Positions 18,483 through 29,432 of a DNA stretch of 64,000 nt are shown piece after piece (the first letter of the stretch is position 1; the number at the start of each line of letters is the position of its first letter). The translations under genes and the position numbers were made by a program. Source of the DNA: Alphaproteobacteria bacterium (lineage in GTDB: Bacteria; Pseudomonadota; Alphaproteobacteria; RF32; CAG-239); contig SUUY01000001.1 in the NCBI GenBank assembly GCA_015062285.1, positions 94,622-158,621 of the forward strand, written 5' to 3'. Below the pieces are notes generated by a model that ran no database searches, was not told the DNA's origin, and worked only from the letters and a program-made list of their open reading frames with translations.

Positions 18483-20939
18483 ATGAGCAATAAAAGATTT
18501 GATGGAAAAGATAATTTTGCAGAATGGCAAAAAGAATGGGCTTTAGAAGATCGCTATAACTTTAAAAAGATTGAAAAGAAGTGGCAAGCTATTTGGGATG
18601 AGGAAAAGGCCTATAAGGTAGAAATAGATAAGAATAAAGAAAAATTTTATGCATTGGTTGAGTTTCCTTATCCTTCAGGGGCCGGGTTACACGTGGGACA
18701 TCCTCGTTCGTATACTGCATTGGACGTTATTGCTCGTAAAAAGAGAATGCAGGGTTTTAATGTTTTATATCCGATGGGCTTTGATGCTTTTGGTTTGCCT
18801 GCTGAAAATTATGCTATTAAAACCGGAGTGCATCCTGCTGTTTCTACCAAAGCAAATATTGAGAATTTTACCAAGCAGTTAAAGTCTTTAGGCTTTAGCT
18901 TTGATTGGGACAGATGTATTGATACATCTTCTCCGGAATATTATAAGTGGACCCAATGGATGTTTATAAAGTTCTTTGAAAAAGGACTGGCCTATAAAGA
19001 TAAGATTGCAATTAACTGGTGTCCGGCATGTAAAGTTGGTTTGGCTAATGAAGAGGTGATTAACGGCCATTGCGAACGTTGCGGTGCAGAGGTTATTCGC
19101 AAAGATAAAGAGCAATGGATGATTGCTATTACAAAATATGCCGACAGATTAATTAATGACTTGGACGGACTTGATTTTATTGATAGAGTTAAAGCTCAAC
19201 AGATTAATTGGATTGGTCGTTCTGAAGGTGCAGAGTTGGACTTTGGTTTTGGTGATGATAAGTTGACTGTGTTTACAACCAGACCGGATACAGCTTTTGG
19301 TGTTACATATATGGTTATGGCTCCGGAACATGAATTTGTGCAGAAATATATGGATAAATTTGAGAACCAAGACCAAATAAAAGCTTATGTTGAAGAAACA
19401 GCAAAAAAATCTGATTTGCAACGTACGATGGATGATTCAAAAACCGGTGTTGAACTTAAGGGAATTAAAGCAAAGAATCCGTTTACCGGAGCAGAAATAC
19501 CGGTATTTATATCTGACTATGTATTAACCGGATATGGTACGGGGGCTATTATGGCTGTGCCGGCCCACGATCAGCGAGATTATGATTTTGCTAAAGTGTT
19601 CGGTTTGCCGATAATTCAGGTTTTGGAAGGTGGCGATATTTCCGAAAAAGCTTGGGAAGAAGACGGAAACCATATAAATTCCGGTTTCTTAAACGGTATG
19701 AATAAAGAAGATGGTATGAAAGCCGCAATAAAATTTGCTGAAGATAACGGATTTGGTCGGGCAAAAGTTAATTTCAAATTACGTGATTGGGTGTTCTCTC
19801 GCCAGAGATACTGGGGTGAGCCAATTCCAATGGTTTATTGTGAGAAATGCGGTTGGCAACCAATTCCGGAATCTGAGTTGCCGTTAACATTGCCGGAAGT
19901 ACCCGATTATCACCCTAATGATGAGGGCGAATCTCCTTTGTCAAAAGCAGGAGACTGGTTGAATGCTACTTGTCCGAAATGTGGCGGACATGCTCGCAGG
20001 GAAACCGATACAATGCCAAACTGGGCGGGTTCTTCGTGGTATTTCTTGCGTTATTGTGATCCGCACAATGATAAGGAATTTGCATCAAAAGAAGCATTGG
20101 ATTATTGGATGAATGTGGATTGGTATAACGGAGGCATGGAACATACCACTTTACACTTGTTGTATTCTCGTTTTTGGCATAAATTCTTGTGCGATTGTGG
20201 TTTGGTTTCAACTTCAGAGCCATATAATCGCAGAACATCTCATGGTATGATTTTGGCTGAAAATGGCGAGAAAATGTCTAAATCAAGGGGTAATGTTATT
20301 AATCCTGATGATATTGTTGCGGCATATGGTGCAGATACATTCCGCTTGTATGAAATGTTTATCGGGCCTTTTGATCAGGTGGCAATGTGGTCAGAAGAAA
20401 GTTTGATGGGTGTGTATCGTTTTGTAGGCAAAGTATATAATTTGTTTAAGAAGGTATATACAGATGCTAAACCTACTGAAAATGATTTGCGTGCAATGCA
20501 TAAGTGTATTTTGGAGGTTACCGAACGTATTGATCAGATGAAGTTTAATACTGCCGTTTCCTCTTTAATGACTTATGTAAATTATCTTTCCGGCAGAGAT
20601 AAAGTTGCTCCGGAATTATTCTGTACGTTAGTTAAGTTGATGTGTCCGTTTACACCGCATTGGGCAGAAGAGATGTGGGCAAGATTAGGCTATTCTTCTT
20701 TGGTTGTGGCTGAAAGTTGGCCGGTTGGCGATGCTAAATTGGCAGAAGATACAAGGGTTACGTATGCTGTGCAGATTTGTGGCAAGGTTAGAGGAACAAT
20801 AGAAATGCCTAAAGATGCATCAAGAGAAGATGTTGAAAAGGCAGCTTTGGAACTTGAAAATGTGAAAAAACAAATTGAAGGAAAAGAAATTAAAAAGATT
20901 ATTGTGGTTCCAAATAAAATCGTAAATCTTGTGGTGTAA
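18483..20939 (+). CDS. leuS: leucine--tRNA ligase
   Basis: HVGH (HIGH) and KMSKS motifs, editing domain, 818 aa. Confidence 0.95.
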   Translation: MSNKRFDGKDNFAEWQKEWALEDRYNFKKIEKKWQAIWDEEKAYKVEIDKNKEKFYALVEFPYPSGAGLHVGHPRSYTALDVIARKKRMQGFNVLYPMGFDAFGLPAENYAIKTGVHPAVSTKANIENFTKQLKSLGFSFDWDRCIDTSSPEYYKWTQWMFIKFFEKGLAYKDKIAINWCPACKVGLANEEVINGHCERCGAEVIRKDKEQWMIAITKYADRLINDLDGLDFIDRVKAQQINWIGRSEGAELDFGFGDDKLTVFTTRPDTAFGVTYMVMAPEHEFVQKYMDKFENQDQIKAYVEETAKKSDLQRTMDDSKTGVELKGIKAKNPFTGAEIPVFISDYVLTGYGTGAIMAVPAHDQRDYDFAKVFGLPIIQVLEGGDISEKAWEEDGNHINSGFLNGMNKEDGMKAAIKFAEDNGFGRAKVNFKLRDWVFSRQRYWGEPIPMVYCEKCGWQPIPESELPLTLPEVPDYHPNDEGESPLSKAGDWLNATCPKCGGHARRETDTMPNWAGSSWYFLRYCDPHNDKEFASKEALDYWMNVDWYNGGMEHTTLHLLYSRFWHKFLCDCGLVSTSEPYNRRTSHGMILAENGEKMSKSRGNVINPDDIVAAYGADTFRLYEMFIGPFDQVAMWSEESLMGVYRFVGKVYNLFKKVYTDAKPTENDLRAMHKCILEVTERIDQMKFNTAVSSLMTYVNYLSGRDKVAPELFCTLVKLMCPFTPHWAEEMWARLGYSSLVVAESWPVGDAKLAEDTRVTYAVQICGKVRGTIEMPKDASREDVEKAALELENVKKQIEGKEIKKIIVVPNKIVNLVV

Positions 20940-20955
20940 TTTTTGAAAAGAGTTT

Positions 20956-21504
20956 GTGCAAATGAAAAGCTGTTGGGCAATTTTGGTCGTAGTGTTATTG
21001 GTTGGTTGTGGTTTTGAGCCTTTGTATGTGCAAAGAGACAAATCCGGAGATTGGTATTTTGGCGGTAAAACAGATACCTCTATTACAACAGAAATGGCGC
21101 AGATTAAAGTTGACCCGATAGCTAATCGTTTTGGGCAGATGATAAGAAATTCTCTATTGGATTTACTGACTCCTCGAGGTACACCAAAGAATCCAAAATA
21201 TCGATTGGAAGTTAAATTGATTAGTCGAAGTGTTGTACAGCAAGCAATGCGACGGGATATTACCGCAACCAATGAACGTATAACCTATAAAATGGGATAT
21301 CAATTGTTTGAAGGTAATAGAATGTTGTTAAGTGGTGATAGTGTTGCTTATGTAAGTTATGATATTATGGCTAATCCATATTCTACGACTACAGCTCAGA
21401 AAAAGACGGAAGCAGATGCGGCTAAAATATTAGCTAATGATATCGCATTAAGAATAGGAGCTTATTTTCATTCTCAACAGCATAATGGGGCTGATAATCT
21501 GTGA
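20956..21504 (+). CDS. lptE: LPS-assembly lipoprotein LptE (RlpB-like)
   Basis: Lipobox LLVGC, ~180 aa, located between leuS and holA (conserved proteobacterial synteny leuS-lptE-holA). Confidence 0.6.
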   Translation: MQMKSCWAILVVVLLVGCGFEPLYVQRDKSGDWYFGGKTDTSITTEMAQIKVDPIANRFGQMIRNSLLDLLTPRGTPKNPKYRLEVKLISRSVVQQAMRRDITATNERITYKMGYQLFEGNRMLLSGDSVAYVSYDIMANPYSTTTAQKKTEADAAKILANDIALRIGAYFHSQQHNGADNL

Positions 21505-22529
21505 TTTATAAGGCCGCTCAAATTGAAAAATATTTAAAAAAACCAGAAGCAAATATAAAAGCTTTTTTGGTATATGGTTCTAATGAGGGGTTGGTAGCAG
21601 AATATGTCAGAAAACTGATATTAACTGTGTCAAAAGACTTGTATGATCCGTTTTGTGTGGCTTATCTTAATGGTGCAGACATTAATTCCGATAGTGGTAT
21701 TTTAGCGGCGGAATATAATAGCCAATCTCTAATGGGCGGACGTAGGGTTGTGGTGGTGAAAGATGCTGATAATAATTTGACTAAGCATTTTAAAATACTA
21801 CTTGAAAATAACAACTCAGATACATTGTTGGTTGCACAATCTTCAAGTTTAAATAAGAAATCGTCATTGGTTTTATGGGCTGAAAAAGAAGATAATGTTG
21901 CGGCGGTGGCCTGCTATGAAGATCGGGATGAAGATATTTTTGCTACGGCACGGGCAAAATTTATTGAGTCAGGAATAACCATTAACAATGAAGCATTGCA
22001 ACTTTTGTGTGCAAGACTTTCAAACGATCGCAAGACGAATTTGGGTGAGATAGAAAAGCTGATAACCTATTTAGGAGATAAAAAAAATGTTACTCCTGAA
22101 GATATTAAAGCTGCAATTGCGGATCAGTCATCTTCTTCAGGAGAGGATTTGTGTTATTTTGCTGCCGGAGGTTATGCGGAAAAAGCGGTTGCATCATTGC
22201 AGAAAATGCTTAATGAAGGAGAGGAGCCGGTTTCAATTACCAGAGCTTTGACATATCATTTTAATCGTCTATTGATATGTATGGCAGAAATGGAAAATGG
22301 TCAAAATGCTGAAGTTGCAATGAAGAAACTAATGCCAAGAGTATTGTTTTATCGCGAGACTTCTTTTAAGCGACAGCTGAGTATATGGTCCAAGGATAGA
22401 TTATTTGGTGTTTTGGAATTGCTTTATAAATGCGAAAAAGACTGCAAAACAACCAATATGCCTCCGGTTGATGTGTTGGGGTATACAGTTTTACAAATTG
22501 CATCGGCAGCAGCAAAAATGTCAAGATAA
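21501..22529 (+). CDS. holA: DNA polymerase III subunit delta
   Basis: Position after lptE, size 342 aa, N-terminal LVYGSNEGL clamp-loader delta motif. Confidence 0.7.
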   Translation: MIYKAAQIEKYLKKPEANIKAFLVYGSNEGLVAEYVRKLILTVSKDLYDPFCVAYLNGADINSDSGILAAEYNSQSLMGGRRVVVVKDADNNLTKHFKILLENNNSDTLLVAQSSSLNKKSSLVLWAEKEDNVAAVACYEDRDEDIFATARAKFIESGITINNEALQLLCARLSNDRKTNLGEIEKLITYLGDKKNVTPEDIKAAIADQSSSSGEDLCYFAAGGYAEKAVASLQKMLNEGEEPVSITRALTYHFNRLLICMAEMENGQNAEVAMKKLMPRVLFYRETSFKRQLSIWSKDRLFGVLELLYKCEKDCKTTNMPPVDVLGYTVLQIASAAAKMSR

Positions 22530-22565
22530 AGGCCCAAGTTATTAGAGCTCGGGCCTTTAATTTGA
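22528..22565. terminator. bidirectional terminator between holA and DUF378 gene
   Basis: AAAGGCCC ... GGGCCTTT stem with long loop, T-run following. Confidence 0.5.
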
Positions 22566-22569
22566 TTGT

Positions 22570-22779
22570 TTATTTGTTGTTTACGGCTTCTTTGAGAGAA
22601 CATGCCGGAACAAAAATCATAGCCAAAGCTGATAAACCAACCAAAATATAGGTTATGCGACTTAAGACGCTGAATGGTCCGAACAAAAAGGCTACAAGAT
22701 CAAAGTCAAAAGCTCCGACCAGACCCCAGTTGATGCCGCCAATTATAGTTAGCACCAATGCTAAATTTCTCCAAAACAT
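22570..22779 (-). CDS. DUF378-family small membrane protein
   Basis: 69 aa, GINWGLVGAFDFDLV motif characteristic of DUF378. Confidence 0.55.
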   Translation of the reverse strand: MFWRNLALVLTIIGGINWGLVGAFDFDLVAFLFGPFSVLSRITYILVGLSALAMIFVPACSLKEAVNNK

Positions 22780-22825
22780 TTTTTATCTCCTTGTAAAAAT
22801 ATCTAATCCGATTATGATATAAGCC

Positions 22826-23560
22826 TTGAGTGAAGGCTTTCAAGTTGAAAGAAAAAAAGAAATGTATAGTGATAAATTTTTGACTTTTATAAAAATGTGG
22901 GAAGAAGAGTTTGCTATAGCCCGAAGTATTGATGAAAAAGTTTGTGAAGACAAGGATGGAAATCCAATTCCGTGGTATACGTATCCGGCAATAGAATATT
23001 TGGATCAGTTTGATTATAGTGATAAATCGGTATTCGAGTTTGGTTGTGGCAATTCTTCTAAGTTTTGGGCGGCAAGAGCCAAAAAAGTGGTGAGTATAGA
23101 AGATAATTTAAAGTGGTTTGAAAAATGGCAAACTGAGTTAGTTGCGCCGAATTTGCAAGTGCTGTGGCGAGATGAAGGTGAAATATATGAGAATGCTATT
23201 TTAGAAACAGATGAAAACTTTGATGTGATCATTGTTGACGGAAAAAGACGTGAAAAATGTTGTGAAACGGCGTGTAAAAGACTGGCAAAAGGCGGAATTA
23301 TAATTTTAGATGATAGTGATAGAATTAATACCAGTGAAGAATATCGGAAATCTGTGGCGATATTAAAATCTGCCGGCTTACTACAAGTTGATTTTTATGG
23401 TTTTTGCCCGATGAATAATTATACAAAAAATACATCATTATTTTTTAGCAGGGATTTTGATTTTAAGACTGTTGCTCCAATTCAACCAATTAACGGAATC
23501 GGTAATTTGTGGAGCATGGGAAGAAAGAATCGAAAAGAGTTTTATAAGAACAACAAATAA
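22826..23560 (+). CDS. putative class I SAM-dependent methyltransferase-like protein
   Basis: Motif I VFEFGCGNSSKFWA, acidic residue ~20 aa downstream (SIEDN), IIVDGKRR motif; exact start uncertain (several in-frame Met). Confidence 0.4.
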   Translation: MSEGFQVERKKEMYSDKFLTFIKMWEEEFAIARSIDEKVCEDKDGNPIPWYTYPAIEYLDQFDYSDKSVFEFGCGNSSKFWAARAKKVVSIEDNLKWFEKWQTELVAPNLQVLWRDEGEIYENAILETDENFDVIIVDGKRREKCCETACKRLAKGGIIILDDSDRINTSEEYRKSVAILKSAGLLQVDFYGFCPMNNYTKNTSLFFSRDFDFKTVAPIQPINGIGNLWSMGRKNRKEFYKNNK

Positions 23561-23564
23561 AAAG

Positions 23565-23594
23565 AAAACTCCGGAAATTTAATCCGGAGTTTTT
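23565..23594. terminator. bidirectional rho-independent terminator
   Basis: AAAACTCCGGA aatttaa TCCGGAGTTTT perfect hairpin flanked by A/T runs. Confidence 0.65.
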
Positions 23595-23622
23595 AATTTG
23601 TAATGGAGAAGATTTGTTCTGG

Positions 23623-23919
23623 TTATCTTGATTTTGTAACTTTTATTGTTTTGGGGAGCTCTTTAGGCTCTGGGGGCAAGTTGAGGTTTGCACCTTTTAC
23701 GTCAGCTTTAACCTTGCTATCTTTAACCAGTTCTTTGTTATACTCTGCTTTTAGGCGAGCATAAGATAAATTAAAATTCAAAGCACAATAGCGGTTTTCA
23801 GCAACGCCGTTTAAGCCCAAGCTGATAAAGTCCGGATCAAGTTTTAGGTTGAGTTTTGCAAGCGTTTCTTTTGTTCCGCCGCCCTCTACAATAGATTTAT
23901 AATCTTCTCTGTTAATCAT
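23623..23919 (-). CDS. hypothetical protein
   Basis: 98-aa ORF, no recognisable family. Confidence 0.35.
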   Translation of the reverse strand: MINREDYKSIVEGGGTKETLAKLNLKLDPDFISLGLNGVAENRYCALNFNLSYARLKAEYNKELVKDSKVKADVKGANLNLPPEPKELPKTIKVTKSR

Positions 23920-24109
23920 TGTTCTTCTCCATAAATAAATTTATCTCTTTTGTCTATTATCGCAATATAGTTTGCTTTTGTCAACCTTTAAAGTGCTAAA
24001 AACTGCAAAAATATTAGGCAAAAAAGTGTTTTTAGTGTTTTATTATTGCAAATAATAACCTATAATCTCTTAAAATCAACTTAATAAACATTTGAGCAGT
24101 TAATCAGTT

Positions 24110-25696
24110 ATGAGTTTATTTAGATCTGTTGCGACATTTGGCGGTTTTACACTGGTTTCAAGAATTACCGGTTTCTTTAGAGATATGGTGTTGGCTAATT
24201 TTTTGGGTGCAGGCATGGTTTCTGATGCATTTTTTGTGGCTTTTAAGCTTCCAAACTTGTTTAGATCTTTGTTTGCGGAAGGAGCTTTTACTTCTGCTTT
24301 TGTGCCAATGATGTCACAAAAATTAGTGAGCGAAACAAAAGAAGATGCTATCGGTTTTGCCGCCAAGGCGATATCTGTTTTGGCATTTGTATTGGGTGTC
24401 TTTGTGCTGCTTATGGAGTTGATTATGCCTTGGGTGGTAGAGGTTTTGGCTCCGGGGTTTGTTGATGATGCCGGAAAAATGGAGTTAGCTACGGAGCTTT
24501 CTCGCATTACGTTTCCGTTTTTGTTGTTTATTTCGATTGTGTCTTTTCAATCGGGAATCCTAAATTCTTTAGGTAAGTTTGCTGCTCCGGCTGCTGCACC
24601 GGTGATTTTAAATTTGATGATGATTGCATCGGTATTTTTGTTTGTGCCGTTTGGCGAAACACCGGCTCATGGAGTTGCAATCGGTGTAACAGTTGCCGGA
24701 TTTGTAGAGATTTTGTGGTTGATGTTCTTTTTGCATCGGCAAAATGTGTGGCTTAAGCCTGATTTTAAGGTGTTTGCTCTATTTCGTGATAGCAGTATAG
24801 TTACTTTATTTAAGCGAATTGCACCGGGGGTTTTAGGGGCCGGTGTCTATCAGATAAATATGGTGGTTGATACAATTTTGGTTTCTTTAGTTGGTACCGG
24901 AGCAATATCATGGTTGTATTATGCTAACAGGTTGCAGCAACTTCCGTTGGGGGTGGTTGGAGCTGCAATAGGAGTGGCTGTTTTGCCGGTGCTGTCAAAA
25001 AGCTTAAAAGAAAATGATGCGGAAAAGGCTTGTGAAATTCAAACCAAAGCAATGGAATATGGGGCTTTGCTTGCGATACCGGCAGCGGCGGCATTGATTG
25101 TTTTGGCAGAACCGACTATAAATATCTTGTTTCAACATGGAAAATTTGGAGCTTTGCAAACAGAAATGACTGCAAAAGCGGTAATTGCATATGCCATCGG
25201 TTTGCCTGCATATGTGCTGGTAAAGGCATTGGCACCAAACTTTTTTGCCAGAGGAGATACCAAAACTCCGGTTAAATATAGTATGGTTGTTTTGTTGACT
25301 AATTTGACTTTTGCGGTGATTCTAATGAAGCCTTTCGGACATGTAGGAATTGCAACAGCAACAACGATTGCGGCTTTTGTATCTTTGGGGCAATATTTAC
25401 TAGGGTTGAAAAAAAGATGTTTTTGGAATTGCCCTGTGCTTTTGACTAAGAAAATTGCAAAAATTGTACTGAGTTCAATATTTATGGCTTTGGTAATTTG
25501 TTGTGGTGAATTTTTGTTAAACCAAATGTATGGAGACTGGCTTGATTTGAATGTATATATGAAATTGGCTTGGTATTTATGTCTATGCGGAATTGGGCTT
25601 GTAAGTTTTGTGTTTGGAGCTAAAATACTGGGAGTGCTGAACATTAAAGATTTGGCAGATATGTTGTTGCATCGGAGAAGAAGACATGCAAAATAA
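24110..25696 (+). CDS. murJ: lipid II flippase MurJ (MviN)
   Basis: 528 aa, 14 TM, N-terminal FRDMVLANFLGAG...DAFFVAFKLPN MurJ signature. Confidence 0.9.
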   Translation: MSLFRSVATFGGFTLVSRITGFFRDMVLANFLGAGMVSDAFFVAFKLPNLFRSLFAEGAFTSAFVPMMSQKLVSETKEDAIGFAAKAISVLAFVLGVFVLLMELIMPWVVEVLAPGFVDDAGKMELATELSRITFPFLLFISIVSFQSGILNSLGKFAAPAAAPVILNLMMIASVFLFVPFGETPAHGVAIGVTVAGFVEILWLMFFLHRQNVWLKPDFKVFALFRDSSIVTLFKRIAPGVLGAGVYQINMVVDTILVSLVGTGAISWLYYANRLQQLPLGVVGAAIGVAVLPVLSKSLKENDAEKACEIQTKAMEYGALLAIPAAAALIVLAEPTINILFQHGKFGALQTEMTAKAVIAYAIGLPAYVLVKALAPNFFARGDTKTPVKYSMVVLLTNLTFAVILMKPFGHVGIATATTIAAFVSLGQYLLGLKKRCFWNCPVLLTKKIAKIVLSSIFMALVICCGEFLLNQMYGDWLDLNVYMKLAWYLCLCGIGLVSFVFGAKILGVLNIKDLADMLLHRRRRHAK

Positions 25697-26729
25697 AATT
25701 AAAGATGTATTTTTGAATTGGAAAAATAAGTTCAATACTTATAAAAGTAAATTGAACATAGAGCAAAAGTTAAAGAAACCAGAGGGTCTTATCGGCAATA
25801 TTGATACATGGCCTAAAATGGCAGCTGTTGTGTTATTGGGATTGTTTTTGTTGTATTATCCTTTGGGTGCTTTAATCAGTGAAAATATTGATACTACAAC
25901 AAGTTATGATATTGTGAAATACGGGCAAAAATCAGCAACTATTGATACAATATCTTTTCTGATTAAGCGAGAAGTATATCAAAAAAGCTGGACCCCTGCA
26001 TTGCCTTTTGTTTTTCCGGCTTCGTTGTTAGATAATATGCCGGCTTTTCAGCTTGGTGAAATTTCTGCAATGCGTGAAGTGGTAAAAGCATTTGTCGGCA
26101 TGCAAAATAAAGATATTTCAATTGATGAAAATACTCCTTTGAACGAGGCACAAAAATTGTTGCAATATCCGGGAACAATATGGATGTTCTCGCCGACGAA
26201 TAAATTGTTGCCGGTTCCATCTTCGAATAGCCAGTATCGTAAATCTAAAAAGCAGTTGGATAAATACAATAATATGTTGCAGGATGGTAGAGCATTTTTG
26301 GCATATTCCAAAAATGATTTGGGTAATGTTTTGAGAATATTGGTAGCAGATGTTTTTAAGAGCTCTAAGCAAATAGAAAACCACGTACGAGAATATAGCT
26401 CAGCTTGGATTGATAATGAAGCTGATGATGTATTTTATTTTCAAAAAGGAAAAATGTATGCATATTGTTTATTGCTGAAAGCTATGGGGCATGATTTTAA
26501 GGAAACATTGTTGCAAAATGAATTGTATGCTTTGTGGACAGCTTTGCAGAGAACGGTTGAAGATGCAGTTTTGCTTGCACCAAGTATTGTCAGAAATGCA
26601 AAATCAGATGGTATAATGTCTGCAAATCATTTGATAGTCATGAATTATTATACTGTAAAGTCAGCAATGATTATGCAGAGAATGCTGGAGATATTATCTG
26701 AACAGAAAAATAACGGAGAAACAAAATGA
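25686..26729 (+). CDS. hypothetical protein with N-terminal TM anchor (possibly DUF2333-like)
   Basis: 347 aa, single N-terminal hydrophobic helix; weak recollection of the DUF2333 family only. Confidence 0.35.
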   Translation: MQNKIKDVFLNWKNKFNTYKSKLNIEQKLKKPEGLIGNIDTWPKMAAVVLLGLFLLYYPLGALISENIDTTTSYDIVKYGQKSATIDTISFLIKREVYQKSWTPALPFVFPASLLDNMPAFQLGEISAMREVVKAFVGMQNKDISIDENTPLNEAQKLLQYPGTIWMFSPTNKLLPVPSSNSQYRKSKKQLDKYNNMLQDGRAFLAYSKNDLGNVLRILVADVFKSSKQIENHVREYSSAWIDNEADDVFYFQKGKMYAYCLLLKAMGHDFKETLLQNELYALWTALQRTVEDAVLLAPSIVRNAKSDGIMSANHLIVMNYYTVKSAMIMQRMLEILSEQKNNGETK

Positions 26730-27265
26730 TTATAGATACACAAATTACTCCTGATGAAAATGTTATGAATTTTTTTCCTCCTAAAGCTTTAATTAAGTCG
26801 GGCAAGGCGGAGTTTGTTGATACAAAATCATTGCGTAAGTCTCCTTTGGCTGAGCATATTTTTGACATTGGCGGAATTGTTTCGGTGTTTATTACATCTG
26901 AAATGTTATCTGTTACAAAAAGTAGCGATGCAACATGGGATGTAATAAAGCCTCAAGTTATGGCAGAAATTATGGATTATTTGTCGACCGGAGAGGAGGT
27001 TTTGCCGGACGATAATGAGAATAGCGATGTTGTGGCTCAAATTAAAGGATTGATTAATGCAAGAATAAGGCCTGCGGTTAAGCAAGATGGTGGCGATATA
27101 GTTTTTTGTGATTTTAAGGACGGAGTTGTTTGGGTTGAAATGCAAGGGTCTTGTAAAGGATGTCCATATGCAATGGTAACTCTTAAAGAAGGAGTTGAAA
27201 AAATTCTTAAAACCTATATTTCTGAGGTGCGAGAGGTGCGAAATATCGGATCATTAGAGGAATAG
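26726..27265 (+). CDS. Nfu/NifU-family Fe-S cluster scaffold/carrier (Nfu N-terminal domain + NifU C-terminal CxxC domain)
   Basis: C-terminal VEMQGSCKGCPYAMVTLKEGVEKIL matches the NifU-C CxxC motif; alpha-proteobacterial/mitochondrial Nfu1-type architecture. Confidence 0.8.
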   Translation: MIIDTQITPDENVMNFFPPKALIKSGKAEFVDTKSLRKSPLAEHIFDIGGIVSVFITSEMLSVTKSSDATWDVIKPQVMAEIMDYLSTGEEVLPDDNENSDVVAQIKGLINARIRPAVKQDGGDIVFCDFKDGVVWVEMQGSCKGCPYAMVTLKEGVEKILKTYISEVREVRNIGSLEE

Positions 27266-27269
27266 AAGA

Positions 27270-28190
27270 ATGTTTCGCTTGTTTTGGATGTTGTTATTTG
27301 CTTTTGTTTGGGCTAAACCTTTGGGGGCAACAGAGATTATTTTGGGAAAAATAAAAACAGCGCAACTGGAAAAGATTTTTGATTTTTATAACTATGGTGA
27401 AGAAAAAGGATATTTACAGGCGCGGTCATATAATTATCCGCCAATTTTTTGTAAATATTTTCCGATTGATTTTGACAAGATTACAGACGAAAAACGCAGG
27501 AATGCACTGTTTGTTAAGATTTTAGCCCCGCTTGCAATAAAACTTAATAATGAGATTATGGAAGAACGAAAAGAAATCTTAGAGATTAGTAATTGGTTTA
27601 AGCAAAATAAAAAAATATCTTTTAAACAAGAAAAATTTTTGGAAGATGAAGCAAAAAAATATGATGTGTTTACACGTTTGAAAGGGCATCAGCGAACAAA
27701 ATATATTTTAAGTGAGCTATTAAAAAAGGTTCATGTTGTTCCTCCTTCTATATTGATAACAGCGGCGGCATTGGAAACAAACTTTGGGAGCTCTCGAATT
27801 GTAAAAGAGGGAAATTCTTTGTATAAACAATTGGAGTGGCATACAAACAAAGGTTTGAAACCTATTGGTGAGATGGAAGATGATACTTATCGCATAAAAA
27901 TATATCCGGATATATATGCTTCGCTTCAGGAATTTGCCTTAAAACTGAACTCGGGTATACAATATCATAGTTTTAGAGGGTATAGAGATGAGATTTTGTG
28001 GCGAGGAACGCCACTTTTAGGTTCGGTTTTGGCTCCATATATGGTTTGGAATTCTCCATTAAAAAATTACGCCGGACTATTTGATTATACACTTGCGTAT
28101 TATGAGCTCAATATAATTGACAAATCTGTTTTGAATAGTAAAATGATATCAAGACCGTTGCCAAAAGAATTAAAAAAACTGCAAATGTAA
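27270..28190 (+). CDS. secreted peptidoglycan hydrolase, Bax/FlgJ-type glucosaminidase domain
   Basis: Signal peptide, then ILITAAALETNFGSSRIVKEGNSLY resembling the glucosaminidase (mannosyl-glycoprotein endo-beta-N-acetylglucosaminidase) E-S/T-G-W/F-G motif. Confidence 0.5.
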   Translation: MFRLFWMLLFAFVWAKPLGATEIILGKIKTAQLEKIFDFYNYGEEKGYLQARSYNYPPIFCKYFPIDFDKITDEKRRNALFVKILAPLAIKLNNEIMEERKEILEISNWFKQNKKISFKQEKFLEDEAKKYDVFTRLKGHQRTKYILSELLKKVHVVPPSILITAAALETNFGSSRIVKEGNSLYKQLEWHTNKGLKPIGEMEDDTYRIKIYPDIYASLQEFALKLNSGIQYHSFRGYRDEILWRGTPLLGSVLAPYMVWNSPLKNYAGLFDYTLAYYELNIIDKSVLNSKMISRPLPKELKKLQM

Positions 28191-28259
28191 CAAATGTGTC
28201 ACTGGATGTTTATGGGTTTTGGCTGTAAACTGAAATAATGGAAGAACTTTTTTGAGTGA

Positions 28260-29372
28260 GTGGCTATGAATAAAAAATATTTGACAAAGCAAGATGTTGA
28301 TGGCTTAGCTGCTCGTCCTCGTACAGTTAGCAAGGTATCTATAGCCGAAAAAGTGAGTGAATATTACATTGCCGGAGGGGTTACTCCGGTTGGTAAGAAG
28401 TTGGCAGAAGATATTTTCAGAATAATGGTTAGAGACGTAGAGATCAAAGTAAGAGAAGTTTTGGCCGATAGTCTGAAAGCAAGCAGAAGCCTTCCGCAAG
28501 ATATAGTGGCATCAATTATCAATGATGCAGATAGCGTTGCTGTTTCTTTTGTTCAGTATTATGCGGATTTGAGTAATGAGGATATGATTCGTATTTTGAA
28601 TATTCCAAGTTTGAGCAAACAAAAAGCTGTTGCTTCAAGAATGAATCTTCCCTCAGAAATTTCTCAATATATTGTTGACAGTTGTCCGGAAGAAGTTGTT
28701 GGTGTTTTGATTTCTAATGATAGTGCCAATATAACATTACCCACATATAATGTGATTTTGAAAAGATTTGAAAATCATGAAGATATCAAATCACGGTTAG
28801 TATATAGAAATGAATTGCCAACATCGATTATTGAAAAAATAGTAAATTCTTTATCTGAAGAATTAAAAAAACGATTGATGCTATCTCATAATCTATCTTC
28901 GGATATGGCTTGTGATATTGTTGAAGAAGTTAAAGAGAAAGCGACATTAAAAGTATCGGAAGATTATAGTTCTGATAGGCAAATTGAGGAGCTTGTGCAC
29001 CAACTCTATACTTCCAACAGATTGACTTCTAATTTAGTTGTGAGGTCAATTTGTATGGGTGATTTGAAATTTTTTGAATATGCCATTGTATACCTCTCTA
29101 ATACTCCGATAACAGAAGTAAGAAAAATATTGTTTAATTCTGCGGCCGATTTTATGGTGCGCAATTTGTTGCGTAAAGCATATATTCCCAAAACAATGTT
29201 TCCGGCTGTTTTTTCAGCATTAAAGGTTATTAAAGAAATTCATTTTGATTGTTGCAACAGCAATAGGAAATCGTTTGTTCATAAGGTTATAGAACGAATT
29301 TTGACATACACTCCGGATGGTGATGAGTTAAGTGAAGAAGATATTCGTTATTTGGTTTCAAAAATAAGCTAA
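28260..29372 (+). CDS. hypothetical protein (possibly DUF2336-like)
   Basis: 370 aa, helical, no catalytic motifs seen. Confidence 0.3.
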   Translation: MAMNKKYLTKQDVDGLAARPRTVSKVSIAEKVSEYYIAGGVTPVGKKLAEDIFRIMVRDVEIKVREVLADSLKASRSLPQDIVASIINDADSVAVSFVQYYADLSNEDMIRILNIPSLSKQKAVASRMNLPSEISQYIVDSCPEEVVGVLISNDSANITLPTYNVILKRFENHEDIKSRLVYRNELPTSIIEKIVNSLSEELKKRLMLSHNLSSDMACDIVEEVKEKATLKVSEDYSSDRQIEELVHQLYTSNRLTSNLVVRSICMGDLKFFEYAIVYLSNTPITEVRKILFNSAADFMVRNLLRKAYIPKTMFPAVFSALKVIKEIHFDCCNSNRKSFVHKVIERILTYTPDGDELSEEDIRYLVSKIS

Positions 29373-29432
29373 TTTTACGTTTTTTTTAATAATTTGTTGC
29401 CATACTGATATATATTTATCGGAGGTTTAAGT